Below the pieces are notes generated by a model. The model did no database searches. It was not told the origin of the DNA and saw only the letters and a program-made list of their open reading frames with translations. Shown one piece after another: positions 9,847-20,097 of a stretch of DNA of 45,073 nucleotides. Source of the DNA: an uncultured Dehalococcoidia bacterium (GTDB taxonomy: Bacteria > Chloroflexota > Dehalococcoidia > Lucifugimonadales > Australimonadaceae); contig CAYMJY010000004.1 of NCBI GenBank assembly GCA_964391355.1, forward strand, positions 1-45,073, given 5' to 3'. Each line of letters begins with the position of its first letter. The stretch's first letter is position 1. A program made the translations under genes and the position numbers.

Positions 9847-11157
9847 CTAAATAAGTCTTCGGATGTCCTGTATGCTGACCAGAATTATCACCATCAGAAG
9901 TACGGTAAACCCTATGAAATGCACCAGCTTTTCCTTGTCGGGTGCTATTCGGCGGCCTCCACTAACTAATTCTATCAATACGAATAATATTCGACCACCA
10001 TCGAGTGCTGGAATGGGGAGTAGGTTGATGATAGCCAAATTAATGGAAAGCAGTGCTGTCCAAGTGATTAACGTGATAAACCCGTCATTCGCTACTTCGC
10101 CCGTGATTTGTGCAATTCCTATCGGGCCTGCAATATCAAAACTAGCTGATCCGGAAACCACTCTTGCAAATTCATTTTTAAGCAATATTAAAATCTCAAA
10201 TAATCTACCAAAACTATTCCAGAATGCTAAGTGAAGAGGTTCTGAAAGATTTTGAGTTGGGAATGATGAAAATTCAACTTTGGAGAGAAATTTTTGAACT
10301 GGCTCAACCGGGGATAAATATATTAAGTCTCCTTTTCGCCAGACCAGTACGGATATTTCACCATCTTTAATTGTGTTCTTTGCAGCTGCAGCCAACGCAT
10401 CCTCTACACCGTTTGGCTCAGATATTTGAATAGGGTTATCATGGTTCAATCCCCCTACTGACAAAATTAAATCATCAGCGAGAAAGGAATTACGGCTAGA
10501 TGCATCAGTACTTGCTGACGATTTAACCCATACTTTACCCTCAGCAATACCGATCCCCACAGCTCCTTGGCCAATTGGTGGATCAATCCGCGGATTGATA
10601 TCAACTTCGAGAATTGTGCCACGTCTCTCAATTTTCCATTCACTATTAGCGCCAAGCTTTAAATAAATAGACTTCTGAAGATCCGCAACTCTCATAATTT
10701 GTGTTTCATCTACGACACGAATTACATCACCGGGTAACAGTCCCGCGATTTGAGCTGGGCTATTTTGTTCAACTTTTGCAATAATCACATCACTAGAAGG
10801 AACTTCTTGAGGCAATATTGCTACAAAAGTGAAAAGGAAAATTGGTAAAATTGCATTAACGGTGGCTCCCGCAGCCAAAATCGCTAAACGCGAAAAAGGT
10901 CCTTTATTAGTAAATGAATGAGGGTCGCTAGAATCTCTTGTTCCATCCTCACCGTGCATGCGCACAAAACCACCTAGCGGGAGTAAATTTAAAGTATAGG
11001 TTGTTTCACCATATTTGAATCCGAATATCTTTGGAGGGTACCCTAAACCAAATTCTAAAACCCTCACACCACGAAGTTTAGCAACTGCAAAATGTCCAAG
11101 TTCGTGGGCAGTAACTAAAAACCCTAAAATTGCTATGAAAATTAATACGCTGCTCAT
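9847..11157 (-). CDS. rseP: RIP/site-2 metalloprotease with PDZ domain(s)
   Basis: HELGH, LLPLGGFV, GPIGIAQ, NLLPIPALDGG; canonical position after dxr. Confidence 0.93.
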   Translation of the reverse strand: MSSVLIFIAILGFLVTAHELGHFAVAKLRGVRVLEFGLGYPPKIFGFKYGETTYTLNLLPLGGFVRMHGEDGTRDSSDPHSFTNKGPFSRLAILAAGATVNAILPIFLFTFVAILPQEVPSSDVIIAKVEQNSPAQIAGLLPGDVIRVVDETQIMRVADLQKSIYLKLGANSEWKIERRGTILEVDINPRIDPPIGQGAVGIGIAEGKVWVKSSASTDASSRNSFLADDLILSVGGLNHDNPIQISEPNGVEDALAAAAKNTIKDGEISVLVWRKGDLIYLSPVEPVQKFLSKVEFSSFPTQNLSEPLHLAFWNSFGRLFEILILLKNEFARVVSGSASFDIAGPIGIAQITGEVANDGFITLITWTALLSINLAIINLLPIPALDGGRILFVLIELVSGGRRIAPDKEKLVHFIGFTVLLMVIILVSIQDIRRLI

Positions 11158-12269
11158 CCGGACCTAGCTATAAACTGACGAGCTCGGTCTCGTGCCCATT
11201 CATCAGCAAAAAGAATTGACTCTAACGAAACATCGAACATGGGTTCGTGGGAATCTAGTACATCATTTAACAGTTCGTGAATTGTGCCAAAGTTAATTTT
11301 CCCTTTCAAGAATGCATGAACAGCTTCCTCATCAGCAGCACTGAGTACGGCTGGATAAGTTCCTCCTTTTTGACCAGCTTCTAAAGCAATTGGGAAACAC
11401 GGATTATTATCGAAATCTAATTTTTCAAAGGTCAATGAGGGATACGCTAGAGGGTTGTAAATGGGTGTCACGCCAGAACTAACTCTGTCTGGGTAAGACA
11501 TTGCGCATTGAATTGGGAGCCTCATATCAGGTGGGCCCATCTGTGCTTTAACAGATCCGTCTGCAAATTCAACCATTGAATGAATGACGCTTTGAGCATG
11601 CACCAACACCTCAATTTTCTCAAAAGGCATATTAAATAACCAATGGCTCTCTATTACCTCAAACCCCTTGTTCATTAAAGTGGCTGAATCCACCGTGATT
11701 TTCCTACCCATTACCCAAGTAGGATGCCGCAAGGCTTGCTCAGGTGTAACTTGGTTTTTCTCAGACAAAGTTAACGACCTAAATGGACCACCACTAGCTG
11801 TGATGAATAACCTTCTAACTGGTTGACCCTCACCTCGCATGCATTGCCATATTGCGGATGGTTCGCTATCCACTGGCAAAATTATTCCATTTCCTTCTTC
11901 TGCAGCAGCAATGACTAATTCACCAGCCATAACAATTACTTCCTTATTAGACAATGCGACAGACTTACCATTCCTTAAAGCAGCGAGGGTAGACTTCAGT
12001 CCAACTTTCCCCGTACTCGCTACCATAACTAAATCTACGTCTTGATCAGATGCCATTTCTTCCGGGAGAGTCCAAGTTCCTTCAATATGCGATTCAGATG
12101 CGCAATACACCATTCGAGGCTGAAACTCTCGAATTTGGTCTTTGAGAAGTGTCAGGTTGTATCCAGCTGAAAGGCCTATGACTTTAAAAAGTTCTGGAAG
12201 CGCCCTAACAATGTCCAGAGTTTGTGTTCCAATCGATCCAGTAGATCCAAGAATTACTATATTTTTCAT
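11154..12269 (-). CDS. dxr: 1-deoxy-D-xylulose-5-phosphate reductoisomerase
   Basis: LGSTGSIG, LSNKE, PVDSE, ASGGPF, HPTWVMGRKITVDSATLMNKG. Start placed at the ATG at 12269. Confidence 0.97.
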   Translation of the reverse strand: MKNIVILGSTGSIGTQTLDIVRALPELFKVIGLSAGYNLTLLKDQIREFQPRMVYCASESHIEGTWTLPEEMASDQDVDLVMVASTGKVGLKSTLAALRNGKSVALSNKEVIVMAGELVIAAAEEGNGIILPVDSEPSAIWQCMRGEGQPVRRLFITASGGPFRSLTLSEKNQVTPEQALRHPTWVMGRKITVDSATLMNKGFEVIESHWLFNMPFEKIEVLVHAQSVIHSMVEFADGSVKAQMGPPDMRLPIQCAMSYPDRVSSGVTPIYNPLAYPSLTFEKLDFDNNPCFPIALEAGQKGGTYPAVLSAADEEAVHAFLKGKINFGTIHELLNDVLDSHEPMFDVSLESILFADEWARDRARQFIARSG

Positions 12270-12277
12270 TACAATTT

Positions 12278-13102
12278 CTATCCTGACCAATTTGCGGACG
12301 CATAATATATTAGTGCGAAAACTGGCAGCAAACTGTCCAACCTGTCTAATATGCCGCCATGCCCAAGTATTATCCGCCCACTGTCCTTAATATCGGCAAT
12401 TCGTTTTAACTTCGACTCAAAAAGATCTCCAAATTGCGCAACTATAACTATAGAAATCGCCAAAATAACTCCCATCTCTATATCCCATGGGATGTTTGTA
12501 ACGCGCAACATCACCAAAGTGGTTATAAATCCAAAAATGGAACCACCAATAGCGCCTTCCCAGGTCTTATTAGGGCTGATAGTCGGGGCCATTGCGTGTC
12601 GCCCAAACATTCGACCAAAAATATACGCACAGGTGTCAGTCATAAATACGGAAGCTAAGGCCAAGATAGTCCAATCAAACCCATTATTCCTGTCAGATAA
12701 CAAAGTCAACAAAGCAAGGGGTACTGAAACATAACCTAAAAGCAAAGAGCCTTGAAAGGCTATGCGAATTGAATCAAGGTTTCTACTCCTTAAAATTGTT
12801 TCCACAGTCAGCACGCCAGTAACCATTAAACTAGCAATGATTACAGTAAACAAATTAAACATACCCATGAAAACCACGGTAGCCCCACACACAACAAAAA
12901 TCATGGGTGTAAACCGATAGCCCATATGTTTCAAAATATTAAAGGTCTCAAATGATGCAACTGCACCAATCGCAATCAAAGCAAAAGCAAGGACAGGATT
13001 CCCCACTCGAAGTGCTAAATAAATTAAAGGTAATGCAAATAAAGCAGTTGCAATTCTAGCAGGCAACCCTGAAAAGCTTGTGATTTTTTGGGCGGAATTC
13101 AT
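12278..13102 (-). CDS. cdsA: phosphatidate cytidylyltransferase
   Basis: DTCAYIFG, ISPNKTWEG, GDLFESKLKR, HGGILDRLDS. Confidence 0.95.
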   Translation of the reverse strand: MNSAQKITSFSGLPARIATALFALPLIYLALRVGNPVLAFALIAIGAVASFETFNILKHMGYRFTPMIFVVCGATVVFMGMFNLFTVIIASLMVTGVLTVETILRSRNLDSIRIAFQGSLLLGYVSVPLALLTLLSDRNNGFDWTILALASVFMTDTCAYIFGRMFGRHAMAPTISPNKTWEGAIGGSIFGFITTLVMLRVTNIPWDIEMGVILAISIVIVAQFGDLFESKLKRIADIKDSGRIILGHGGILDRLDSLLPVFALIYYASANWSG

Positions 13103-13842
13103 GGTTTTGGTAATGTTCCGAAACGACGCTGTCGTTTTTGGTATAACCCAATCGCCTCATCCACTTCGTTTACGCCAAAATCAGGCCACAGTGTAGGGGT
13201 GAAATAAAGTTCAGAGTATGCTGCCTGCCAAATCATAAAATTACTCAACCTCTGCTCCCCTCCAGTTCGTATAATCAAATCCGGGTCTGGCACTTCAGGA
13301 AGGTATAAATTGGCTTTTAACTTTGCTTCGCTGATTTCATCAACGGAGATTCCTTCCGAGACTAACCGACGAAATGCATCAACTATTTCAGCTCTGCCAC
13401 CATAATCAAAGCCTACACATAAAACTAATCCGTTGTTTTTGCTTGTAAGAGTTTGTGCACTGCTTATGGCTTTTGCGATTGAGCTTGGAAGTCTATTTTT
13501 TAAACCTAAATGGAGAATCCGTACATTTTCTTTGTTTAATTCATGTGCTTCTTTGTCTATAACTTCTCCAAGAATCGTAAAAAGGCCCTTTACTTCATCT
13601 TTTGGACGCCCCCAATTTTCTGTAGAAAAAGCAAAAATCGTAACAAACCTGACTCCTTTAGTTGCTAAAGCCTTGAGAACTCTTCTGACGTTCTCTGTAC
13701 CTGCTCTATGTCCAGCAAGCCTTGGCAAACCTTTTTCAGAAGCCCAACGTCCATTACCATCCATTGTAATTGCCACGTGGTTTGGAATCGGCAAATTAGG
13801 ATTATTAGAATCTACATCAAATGCTTCTCGGCTCGATGTCAC
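13099..13842 (-). CDS. uppS: undecaprenyl-diphosphate/polyprenyl diphosphate synthase
   Basis: HVAITMDGNGRWA, AFSTENW, DLIIRTGGEQRLSNFMIWQ. Confidence 0.96.
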   Translation of the reverse strand: MTSSREAFDVDSNNPNLPIPNHVAITMDGNGRWASEKGLPRLAGHRAGTENVRRVLKALATKGVRFVTIFAFSTENWGRPKDEVKGLFTILGEVIDKEAHELNKENVRILHLGLKNRLPSSIAKAISSAQTLTSKNNGLVLCVGFDYGGRAEIVDAFRRLVSEGISVDEISEAKLKANLYLPEVPDPDLIIRTGGEQRLSNFMIWQAAYSELYFTPTLWPDFGVNEVDEAIGLYQKRQRRFGTLPKP

Positions 13843-14415
13843 TCAGACCTCCAGAAGCTCAGCCTCTTTTTTAGCAGAAACTCGGTCTGTTTTTTCGACA
13901 TGTTTATTAGTCGCTTGTTGTAACTGTTCTTGTGCTTTATACAATTCGTCTTGAGATATTTGTTTATCTTTCTCAGTTTGCCGTAATTGTTCAAGACCGT
14001 CTCTTCGAACATTCCGAATAGCTACATGCGTATCTTCGCGCAAACGATGCAACCTTTTAACCATTTCTTGACGCCTCTCTTGCGTCATCGGAGGAATTGG
14101 TAATCTGATGATCTGTCCATCATTACTCGGGGTTAATCCGAGATCTGATTTAAGTAATTCACGTTCAATCGTACTCAAAGCACCCTTGTCCCAAGGTTGA
14201 ATCGTTATTAGCCTTGGGTCAGGTGCCGCTATTGTAGCAATTTGATTGATTGGCATTGTAGTGCCGTAGTAATCGACGTTGATGCCATCAAGAATGGATA
14301 CATTTGCGCGCCCACTTCTAATTGACTCAATATCTGATTCGAAACGTTCAAATGAACGGAGCATTCTCCGTTCAGTATCATTTAAGACATCTACAACAGG
14401 GTTATGTTCCACCAT
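13843..14415 (-). CDS. frr: ribosome recycling factor
   Basis: IRSGRAN, IQPWD, LGLTPSNDG, RLPIPPMTQERR, AIRNVRR. Confidence 0.97.
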   Translation of the reverse strand: MVEHNPVVDVLNDTERRMLRSFERFESDIESIRSGRANVSILDGINVDYYGTTMPINQIATIAAPDPRLITIQPWDKGALSTIERELLKSDLGLTPSNDGQIIRLPIPPMTQERRQEMVKRLHRLREDTHVAIRNVRRDGLEQLRQTEKDKQISQDELYKAQEQLQQATNKHVEKTDRVSAKKEAELLEV

Positions 14416-14427
14416 ATACTTTCCGCC

Positions 14428-15156
<729 letters not shown>

Positions 15157-15176
15157 TTAGTTCTTCGATCTGATGG

Positions 15177-15677
15177 TTACTCGCCAAGACCAAAGCGAGT
15201 AAATCGACTAATGCGAACATTCTCGCCGACCCTGGCTCGAACATCCATCACTAAATCATTGATGGTCTTTGAGGGATCCCGGATGAATGCCTGATTTAGC
15301 AAACATACCTCTTCTGGTTTACGTGTTTCATCTGCAGGTAATTCATTCTCTTCTACATACTCAGGAGCCATTGCGGCCACTTGCATCGCTAAATTATGTG
15401 CAAGTCCTTTGAATTCTTCAGTTCGGGCAACAAAATCAGTTTCACAATTCAATTCAACCATCGCGCCGATTCTATTACCAGTGTGTATATAAGACTCGAT
15501 AATGCCTTCAGCTGTTGCCCTATCTGACTTTGAGGCTGCTTTAGAAAGACCTTTTTCACGCAATGCCGATTCTGCTTTATCTATGTCACCACCAGCATCT
15601 TCTAATGCCCGTTTGGAGTCCATAATTCCAGCGCCGGTTCGCTCGCGCAAAGTTCTTATAAGATCTGTAGAAACCAC
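15177..15677 (-). CDS. tsf: elongation factor Ts (short form, about 166 aa)
   Basis: LRERTGAGIMDSKRAL, ELNCETDFVAR. The true start is probably the GTG at 15677, 1 nt after the rpsB stop. Confidence 0.95.
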   Translation of the reverse strand: MVSTDLIRTLRERTGAGIMDSKRALEDAGGDIDKAESALREKGLSKAASKSDRATAEGIIESYIHTGNRIGAMVELNCETDFVARTEEFKGLAHNLAMQVAAMAPEYVEENELPADETRKPEEVCLLNQAFIRDPSKTINDLVMDVRARVGENVRISRFTRFGLGE

Positions 15678-15678
15678 T

Positions 15679-16497
15679 CTATTCTTCCGCCTCTTCAGCA
15701 AATACCGGATCGGGCTCCCTATCGTTATGCCCTGCCTGACTGTATCCTCCACGATTCTCCAACCATTCAGCATGCCCCTCTAAAGCAGCAGAGGCTAGAT
15801 GGTTTGCGATTAATCGAATTGAACGAATAGCATCATCGTTACCTGGAATAGGCCAATCAATTTTTACGGGATCGCAATCAGTATCAACCAATGCCACAAC
15901 AGGAACACCAGCTCTTTGTGCTTCTGCGATAGCGATTTTTTCACGGCCGATATCAACAACAAACAAGGCGCCAGGGAGTTCGGTCATCTCTTTGAATCCA
16001 CCGAAATATCGATTCATTTTCTCTATTCGATTTTCTAAGCGTAAGGCTTCTTTCTTAGGTAAGTGAACAAATTCACCCCTGCTTTTTCTCTCTTCTTGTC
16101 TAACTAAGTAATCAATCCTAGTTTGAATCGTAGAAAAATTCGTAATTGTTCCACCTAGCCAGCGGTGGTTGATAAAGTATTGGCCTGACCGAATAGCTTC
16201 TTCCCTAATAGGATCCTGAGCTTGTTTTTTCGTACCCACCATCAGAACCCGTTTACCAGATGATGCGACCTCATAAATAAAGTCGCGAGCACTATTGAGA
16301 AGATCCATAGTCTGTTGCAAATCAACAATATGGATTCCGTTTCGCTCTGCGAAAATGTATCGCTTCATCCTTGGGTTCCAGCGATGTGTCTGGTGCCCGA
16401 AGTGGACACCTGCTTCGAGTAAAGCTTTCATGCTTAAAGCATCAACTTGTTCGTCTACAGCCGGATCCTCAAGGGCGGCCTCTGCCCCTTCTTCCAT
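15679..16497 (-). CDS. rpsB: 30S ribosomal protein S2
   Basis: [40 protein letters not shown]. Start at ATG 16497 (or 16512). Confidence 0.98.
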   Translation of the reverse strand: MEEGAEAALEDPAVDEQVDALSMKALLEAGVHFGHQTHRWNPRMKRYIFAERNGIHIVDLQQTMDLLNSARDFIYEVASSGKRVLMVGTKKQAQDPIREEAIRSGQYFINHRWLGGTITNFSTIQTRIDYLVRQEERKSRGEFVHLPKKEALRLENRIEKMNRYFGGFKEMTELPGALFVVDIGREKIAIAEAQRAGVPVVALVDTDCDPVKIDWPIPGNDDAIRSIRLIANHLASAALEGHAEWLENRGGYSQAGHNDREPDPVFAEEAEE

Positions 16498-16618
16498 GCA
16501 ATTACCTTTCATTACTTTCTTAGGTGCTTACAATACCTGCCTTAAGCACGCGCCGCTGGGCGAAAAGTATAGCACACCACTGTATATAGGAAAACGACAT
16601 CCAAGTCCGATTGGATTT

Positions 16619-17362
16619 TCAGCTAGATAAACTAAGCATACTAGGGTTATCAGAATCACTAAGGAATTCGTTGATCTCTAGAAGCACTGAATCCATTTTA
16701 TTAGCAGTTAAACGCCCAGTGTTAGTGTTACGAGGGCTAGGGTGATATGAACAAAACAACCTAGGCATATTCTCGCCTAAATCAAAAACACAACCATGAC
16801 CAAACTTGATTCTTAAAGTTTGGCCAGAAATAGCAGAAATTGCTTTGGTTAAATTTTCAAATGCAACTTTACCCAAAGCCAATATTGCTTTCACATGTTT
16901 CAGTAATTTCAACTCTTCGGTTAAAAAATGTCTGCAATTGTTCTGTTCTTCCATTGTTGCGCGATCATTAGGTGGTACACAACGAAGCGCAGAAGTTATA
17001 AAGATATTCTTCAGCTCCAACCCATCGCCCTTGAAATCAGAGCGAGGAGAGGATGTAAAGCCGGCCCGAAATAGCGCAGAAGTCAAAAAGGATGCACTTG
17101 GATCCCCTGTAAACATTCTCCCAGTCCGATTAGCACCATGTGCCCCTGGTGCCAACCCTACTATTAATACCTCAGCAATTGGATCTCCTGTACTAGGCAC
17201 TGGGGCTCCCCAGTAATCCCAATCTGCAAAAGAAGCTCGTTTTTCAATGGCAATTCTTTCCCTAAATTCGACTAGCCGTGTACATGCTTCACATTTGACT
17301 ATTCGTTGTTGAACCTTACCCAAGCTGTTTACAAGGTCACCTTTATAACTTCGTTTATTCAA
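16619..17362 (-). CDS. udgB: uracil-DNA glycosylase family 5 (UdgB-type, 4Fe-4S)
   Basis: CEACxRL, GLAPGAHGANRTGRMFTGD, RCVPP, HPSxRN; TTG start with SD AAGGAG. Confidence 0.9.
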   Translation of the reverse strand: MNKRSYKGDLVNSLGKVQQRIVKCEACTRLVEFRERIAIEKRASFADWDYWGAPVPSTGDPIAEVLIVGLAPGAHGANRTGRMFTGDPSASFLTSALFRAGFTSSPRSDFKGDGLELKNIFITSALRCVPPNDRATMEEQNNCRHFLTEELKLLKHVKAILALGKVAFENLTKAISAISGQTLRIKFGHGCVFDLGENMPRLFCSYHPSPRNTNTGRLTANKMDSVLLEINEFLSDSDNPSMLSLSS

Positions 17363-17492
17363 TGGCTTCCGCTCCTTACATCAAATTTGAGAGATTTCTA
17401 ACTGAGAGCCACTTAATATTTCTTAAGTTGAACTAATTAGCATGATTTATCAATTAATGATATAAGTTCTTCATAAATCACTGCTGGAGGAA

Positions 17493-18443
17493 TTGATGGC
17501 TACTACAGTGGAAACTCTAAAATTATCGAAGGAAGTAAAAGCAAGGCCGTTGTCTGAATGGCCCACTATTGCAGTAGAGCTACTGGGAACTCAAACTCGA
17601 ATACTTCAAGGCAAACAATATAGACATCGCGTGATTGAATGTGGTGATTCTGGCGAGCCTCTCATTTTGATTCACGGTGTTGGGGGGCATGCAGAGACCT
17701 ATGCTAGGAACCTACACAACTTAAAAAATAACGGCTTTCATGTTTTCGCTATTGACGCTCTATATCATGGATTCTCTACACATGAACCCTATGATGATGA
17801 TGACAGAACTGGTAGGCAAGCAGAAGCATTAGCAGATCTAATTGATGCGCTTGGATTTCCATATGCACATGTCGAAGGTGAGTCTATGGGCGGTGCTATC
17901 ACAATGGAATTTGGACTGAAATTCCCAGAAAAGGCTGGGAAACTAATCATGAACACTGGGGTCGGTGGCGTTAATTGGAAAAAAACAGACTTCCCTCAAA
18001 ATCCTGGTGGTGGGAATACTCTCGCCGAACTTTCTCGAGCTTCAATCCTCACACCAACCTTTGAAACCGTGAGGAAACGGATGGAGTGGTTAGTCGCGGA
18101 ACCTTCAAGAATGACCGATGAAATGGTCGACGTTCGGTTACGCCTCTACTCTTTCACAGATGTATATGAATCTATCAAAAGGGTGTACCGAGTTGCAGAT
18201 GACAGTCCTCAAGACTGGAACAGGGAACCCAAGTATGAAGAGGAAGACCTTCAGGGATTCAAGCCGGAAGGTCTTGTTTTCTGGACTGAGAAAAACCCTG
18301 GTCAAGGTCCTGCCTTTGGTGAGTATGCTGCAAGTAAAATACGCGGCGCAAAATTCTATAACATGCTTGATGCTGCACATTGGCCTCAATGGGAAAAACC
18401 TGAAGAGCATGATCAGGTTTTAATCGATTTCATACTAGGTTAG
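17493..18443 (+). CDS. alpha/beta hydrolase, HppC/OhpC-like meta-cleavage product hydrolase
   Basis: HGVGGHAETYARNL, GESMGG nucleophile elbow, AAHWPQWEKP; SD GGAGG upstream. Confidence 0.8.
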   Translation: MMATTVETLKLSKEVKARPLSEWPTIAVELLGTQTRILQGKQYRHRVIECGDSGEPLILIHGVGGHAETYARNLHNLKNNGFHVFAIDALYHGFSTHEPYDDDDRTGRQAEALADLIDALGFPYAHVEGESMGGAITMEFGLKFPEKAGKLIMNTGVGGVNWKKTDFPQNPGGGNTLAELSRASILTPTFETVRKRMEWLVAEPSRMTDEMVDVRLRLYSFTDVYESIKRVYRVADDSPQDWNREPKYEEEDLQGFKPEGLVFWTEKNPGQGPAFGEYAASKIRGAKFYNMLDAAHWPQWEKPEEHDQVLIDFILG

Positions 18444-18452
18444 GAATACTTT

Positions 18453-18485
18453 AAGCAGGGGCTCGGAATCCGAGCCCCTGCTTTT
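18453..18485 (+). terminator. Rho-independent terminator
   Basis: AAGCAGGGGCTCGG-AAT-CCGAGCCCCTGCTT perfect 14-bp inverted repeat ending in TTTT. Confidence 0.85.
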
Positions 18486-18493
18486 GGAAAAAT

Positions 18494-19015
18494 ATGACCA
18501 GCTACGACTACCGAAGTCTAATCAACGATTACGTCAATTTCCCCAAACAGGGCATTATTTTTCGAGATATCTCTCCCCTTCTGAGCCATCCAAAGGCATT
18601 CAAGTTAGCGATTAAAGAAATGTCAGACCCTTTTCGTGATTCAAGTATCGACCGAGTCATTAGTCTTGAATCTAGGGGTTTTATCATAGGTTCCCCCATT
18701 GCTCTGGAGCTCGGAGTTGGCTTTACTCCTATTCGCAAAGCAGGCAAACTCCCGGGCCATACACTCCAGGTTCCATACTCACTTGAATATGGGGAAGCCT
18801 CACTTGAATTACAGTCCGATGTACTAAAACCCAATCAAAATGTTTTATTAGTTGACGATGTGCTTGCAACTGGTGGAACTCTCGAAGCCGCAATCAGATT
18901 GATCAAAAATTGCGGAGCCCAAATTGCAGGTGTTGCTATAATTTTAGAGCTAAAAGATTTATGCGGACGCGATAAGTTATCAGGGTATGAAGTGACAACG
19001 CTAATACAAATTTAA
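18494..19015 (+). CDS. apt: adenine phosphoribosyltransferase
   Basis: FPKQGIIFRDISPLL, ESRGF, RKAGKLP, YSLEYG, VDDVLATGGT. Confidence 0.97.
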   Translation: MTSYDYRSLINDYVNFPKQGIIFRDISPLLSHPKAFKLAIKEMSDPFRDSSIDRVISLESRGFIIGSPIALELGVGFTPIRKAGKLPGHTLQVPYSLEYGEASLELQSDVLKPNQNVLLVDDVLATGGTLEAAIRLIKNCGAQIAGVAIILELKDLCGRDKLSGYEVTTLIQI

Positions 19016-19956
19016 GTGCTACTCAATGCTGGGATTACTTGGTCAGAGAAAATTTCCAATGATTCATAATCTTCATTTGCTACACTTACGAAAACTGTGT
19101 TTAGACCCAATTTTTCGAACTCTTGTAATCGCTTTATAGCCTGCTCTGCCGTACCCACCAGACTCCGATATCCTTCTGGTAAACGGCCACCTCTGGCGTT
19201 CCATTTTTCTTCTGCGAGTGCCTCAGTCGGTGCCAAACACAATCGATCAAGCTTTGTCACTTCAATTTCTGATGCGTCCCTACCTTGCTCATTACAATAA
19301 TTGCGAAGCAAGTTAAGTTTATGACGAAAAACCTCAGGATTTGCCATCATTAAGTTGCATAAGTCTGCTTCTTCAGCCACTATCCTCAAAGTGACCTTTT
19401 CACCACCACCTCCAATTAAAATCCTTGGCCTTGGCTTCTGCAATGCTTTTGGTTCTAGTAAGGCATCCCTTGTTACGAAATGTTTACCCTCATAAGTAGA
19501 AGAACCCTCACTCCATAAACTTTTAATCAACCTGACTGCATCTCTAAGCTGAGAAAGCCTAGTCGAGGCTTTTGGGAATTCATAACCATATCCTTTATAT
19601 TCAGCTTCGTACCACCCAGCACCAATCCCAAGAATTGACCTCCCCCCACTGATAACATCTAAAGTAGTGGCCATCTTGGCAAGCAATGCTGGGTTTCTGT
19701 ATCCAACACTTGTCACCATAGTCGTAATATTGATTTTTTCTGTAGTTGCTGCAACTGCGCCCATGGTAACCCAAGGCTCCATAAATGACTGCTCAGCAGG
19801 CCCAACTCCAGGTATTTGCCAGAAGTGGTCCATGAAGGAAATGTAACTAAATCCATTGTTTTCGAGCCATTGAGCTCGAGTTTTAAGTTCAGGAAAGATT
19901 TCTTCAGCAGACCCAGCATTCGTAAGAAAAGAATTATTATGCAGCCCGAATTTCAT
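19012..19956 (-). CDS. luciferase-like (LLM) F420-dependent oxidoreductase, TIGR03560-like
   Basis: MDHFWQI, EPWVTMGAVA, YRNPALLAKMATTLDVISGGR, GIGAGWYEAE, IGGGGEKVTLR. Confidence 0.9.
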   Translation of the reverse strand: MKFGLHNNSFLTNAGSAEEIFPELKTRAQWLENNGFSYISFMDHFWQIPGVGPAEQSFMEPWVTMGAVAATTEKINITTMVTSVGYRNPALLAKMATTLDVISGGRSILGIGAGWYEAEYKGYGYEFPKASTRLSQLRDAVRLIKSLWSEGSSTYEGKHFVTRDALLEPKALQKPRPRILIGGGGEKVTLRIVAEEADLCNLMMANPEVFRHKLNLLRNYCNEQGRDASEIEVTKLDRLCLAPTEALAEEKWNARGGRLPEGYRSLVGTAEQAIKRLQEFEKLGLNTVFVSVANEDYESLEIFSDQVIPALSST

Positions 19957-20038
19957 TAGTCCACCTCATTCATTGCCCGATGACGACTCTAATGTTAGTA
20001 ATTGTATCTAGTCAAGCTCATTGCATATTATTGGGGAA

Positions 20039-20067
20039 TTGACGCATCGGCAGACGGAGTCTAGCCT
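20039..20067 (+). promoter_or_regulatory. sigma70-type promoter for downstream hydrolase
   Basis: TTGACG-N17-TAGCCT. A divergent TTGACT (20015-20010), N18, TAGAGT may drive the LLM gene. Confidence 0.6.
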
Positions 20068-20097
20068 TAACAGATGCTATAAATCAGGAGTTGCAAA

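Noticed and set aside
15677-15773. Apparent 95-nt rpsB/tsf overlap and unusually short EF-Ts
   Set aside because: The GTG at 15677 removes the overlap. Short single-subdomain EF-Ts is already known from several phyla, including Thermus and cyanobacteria.
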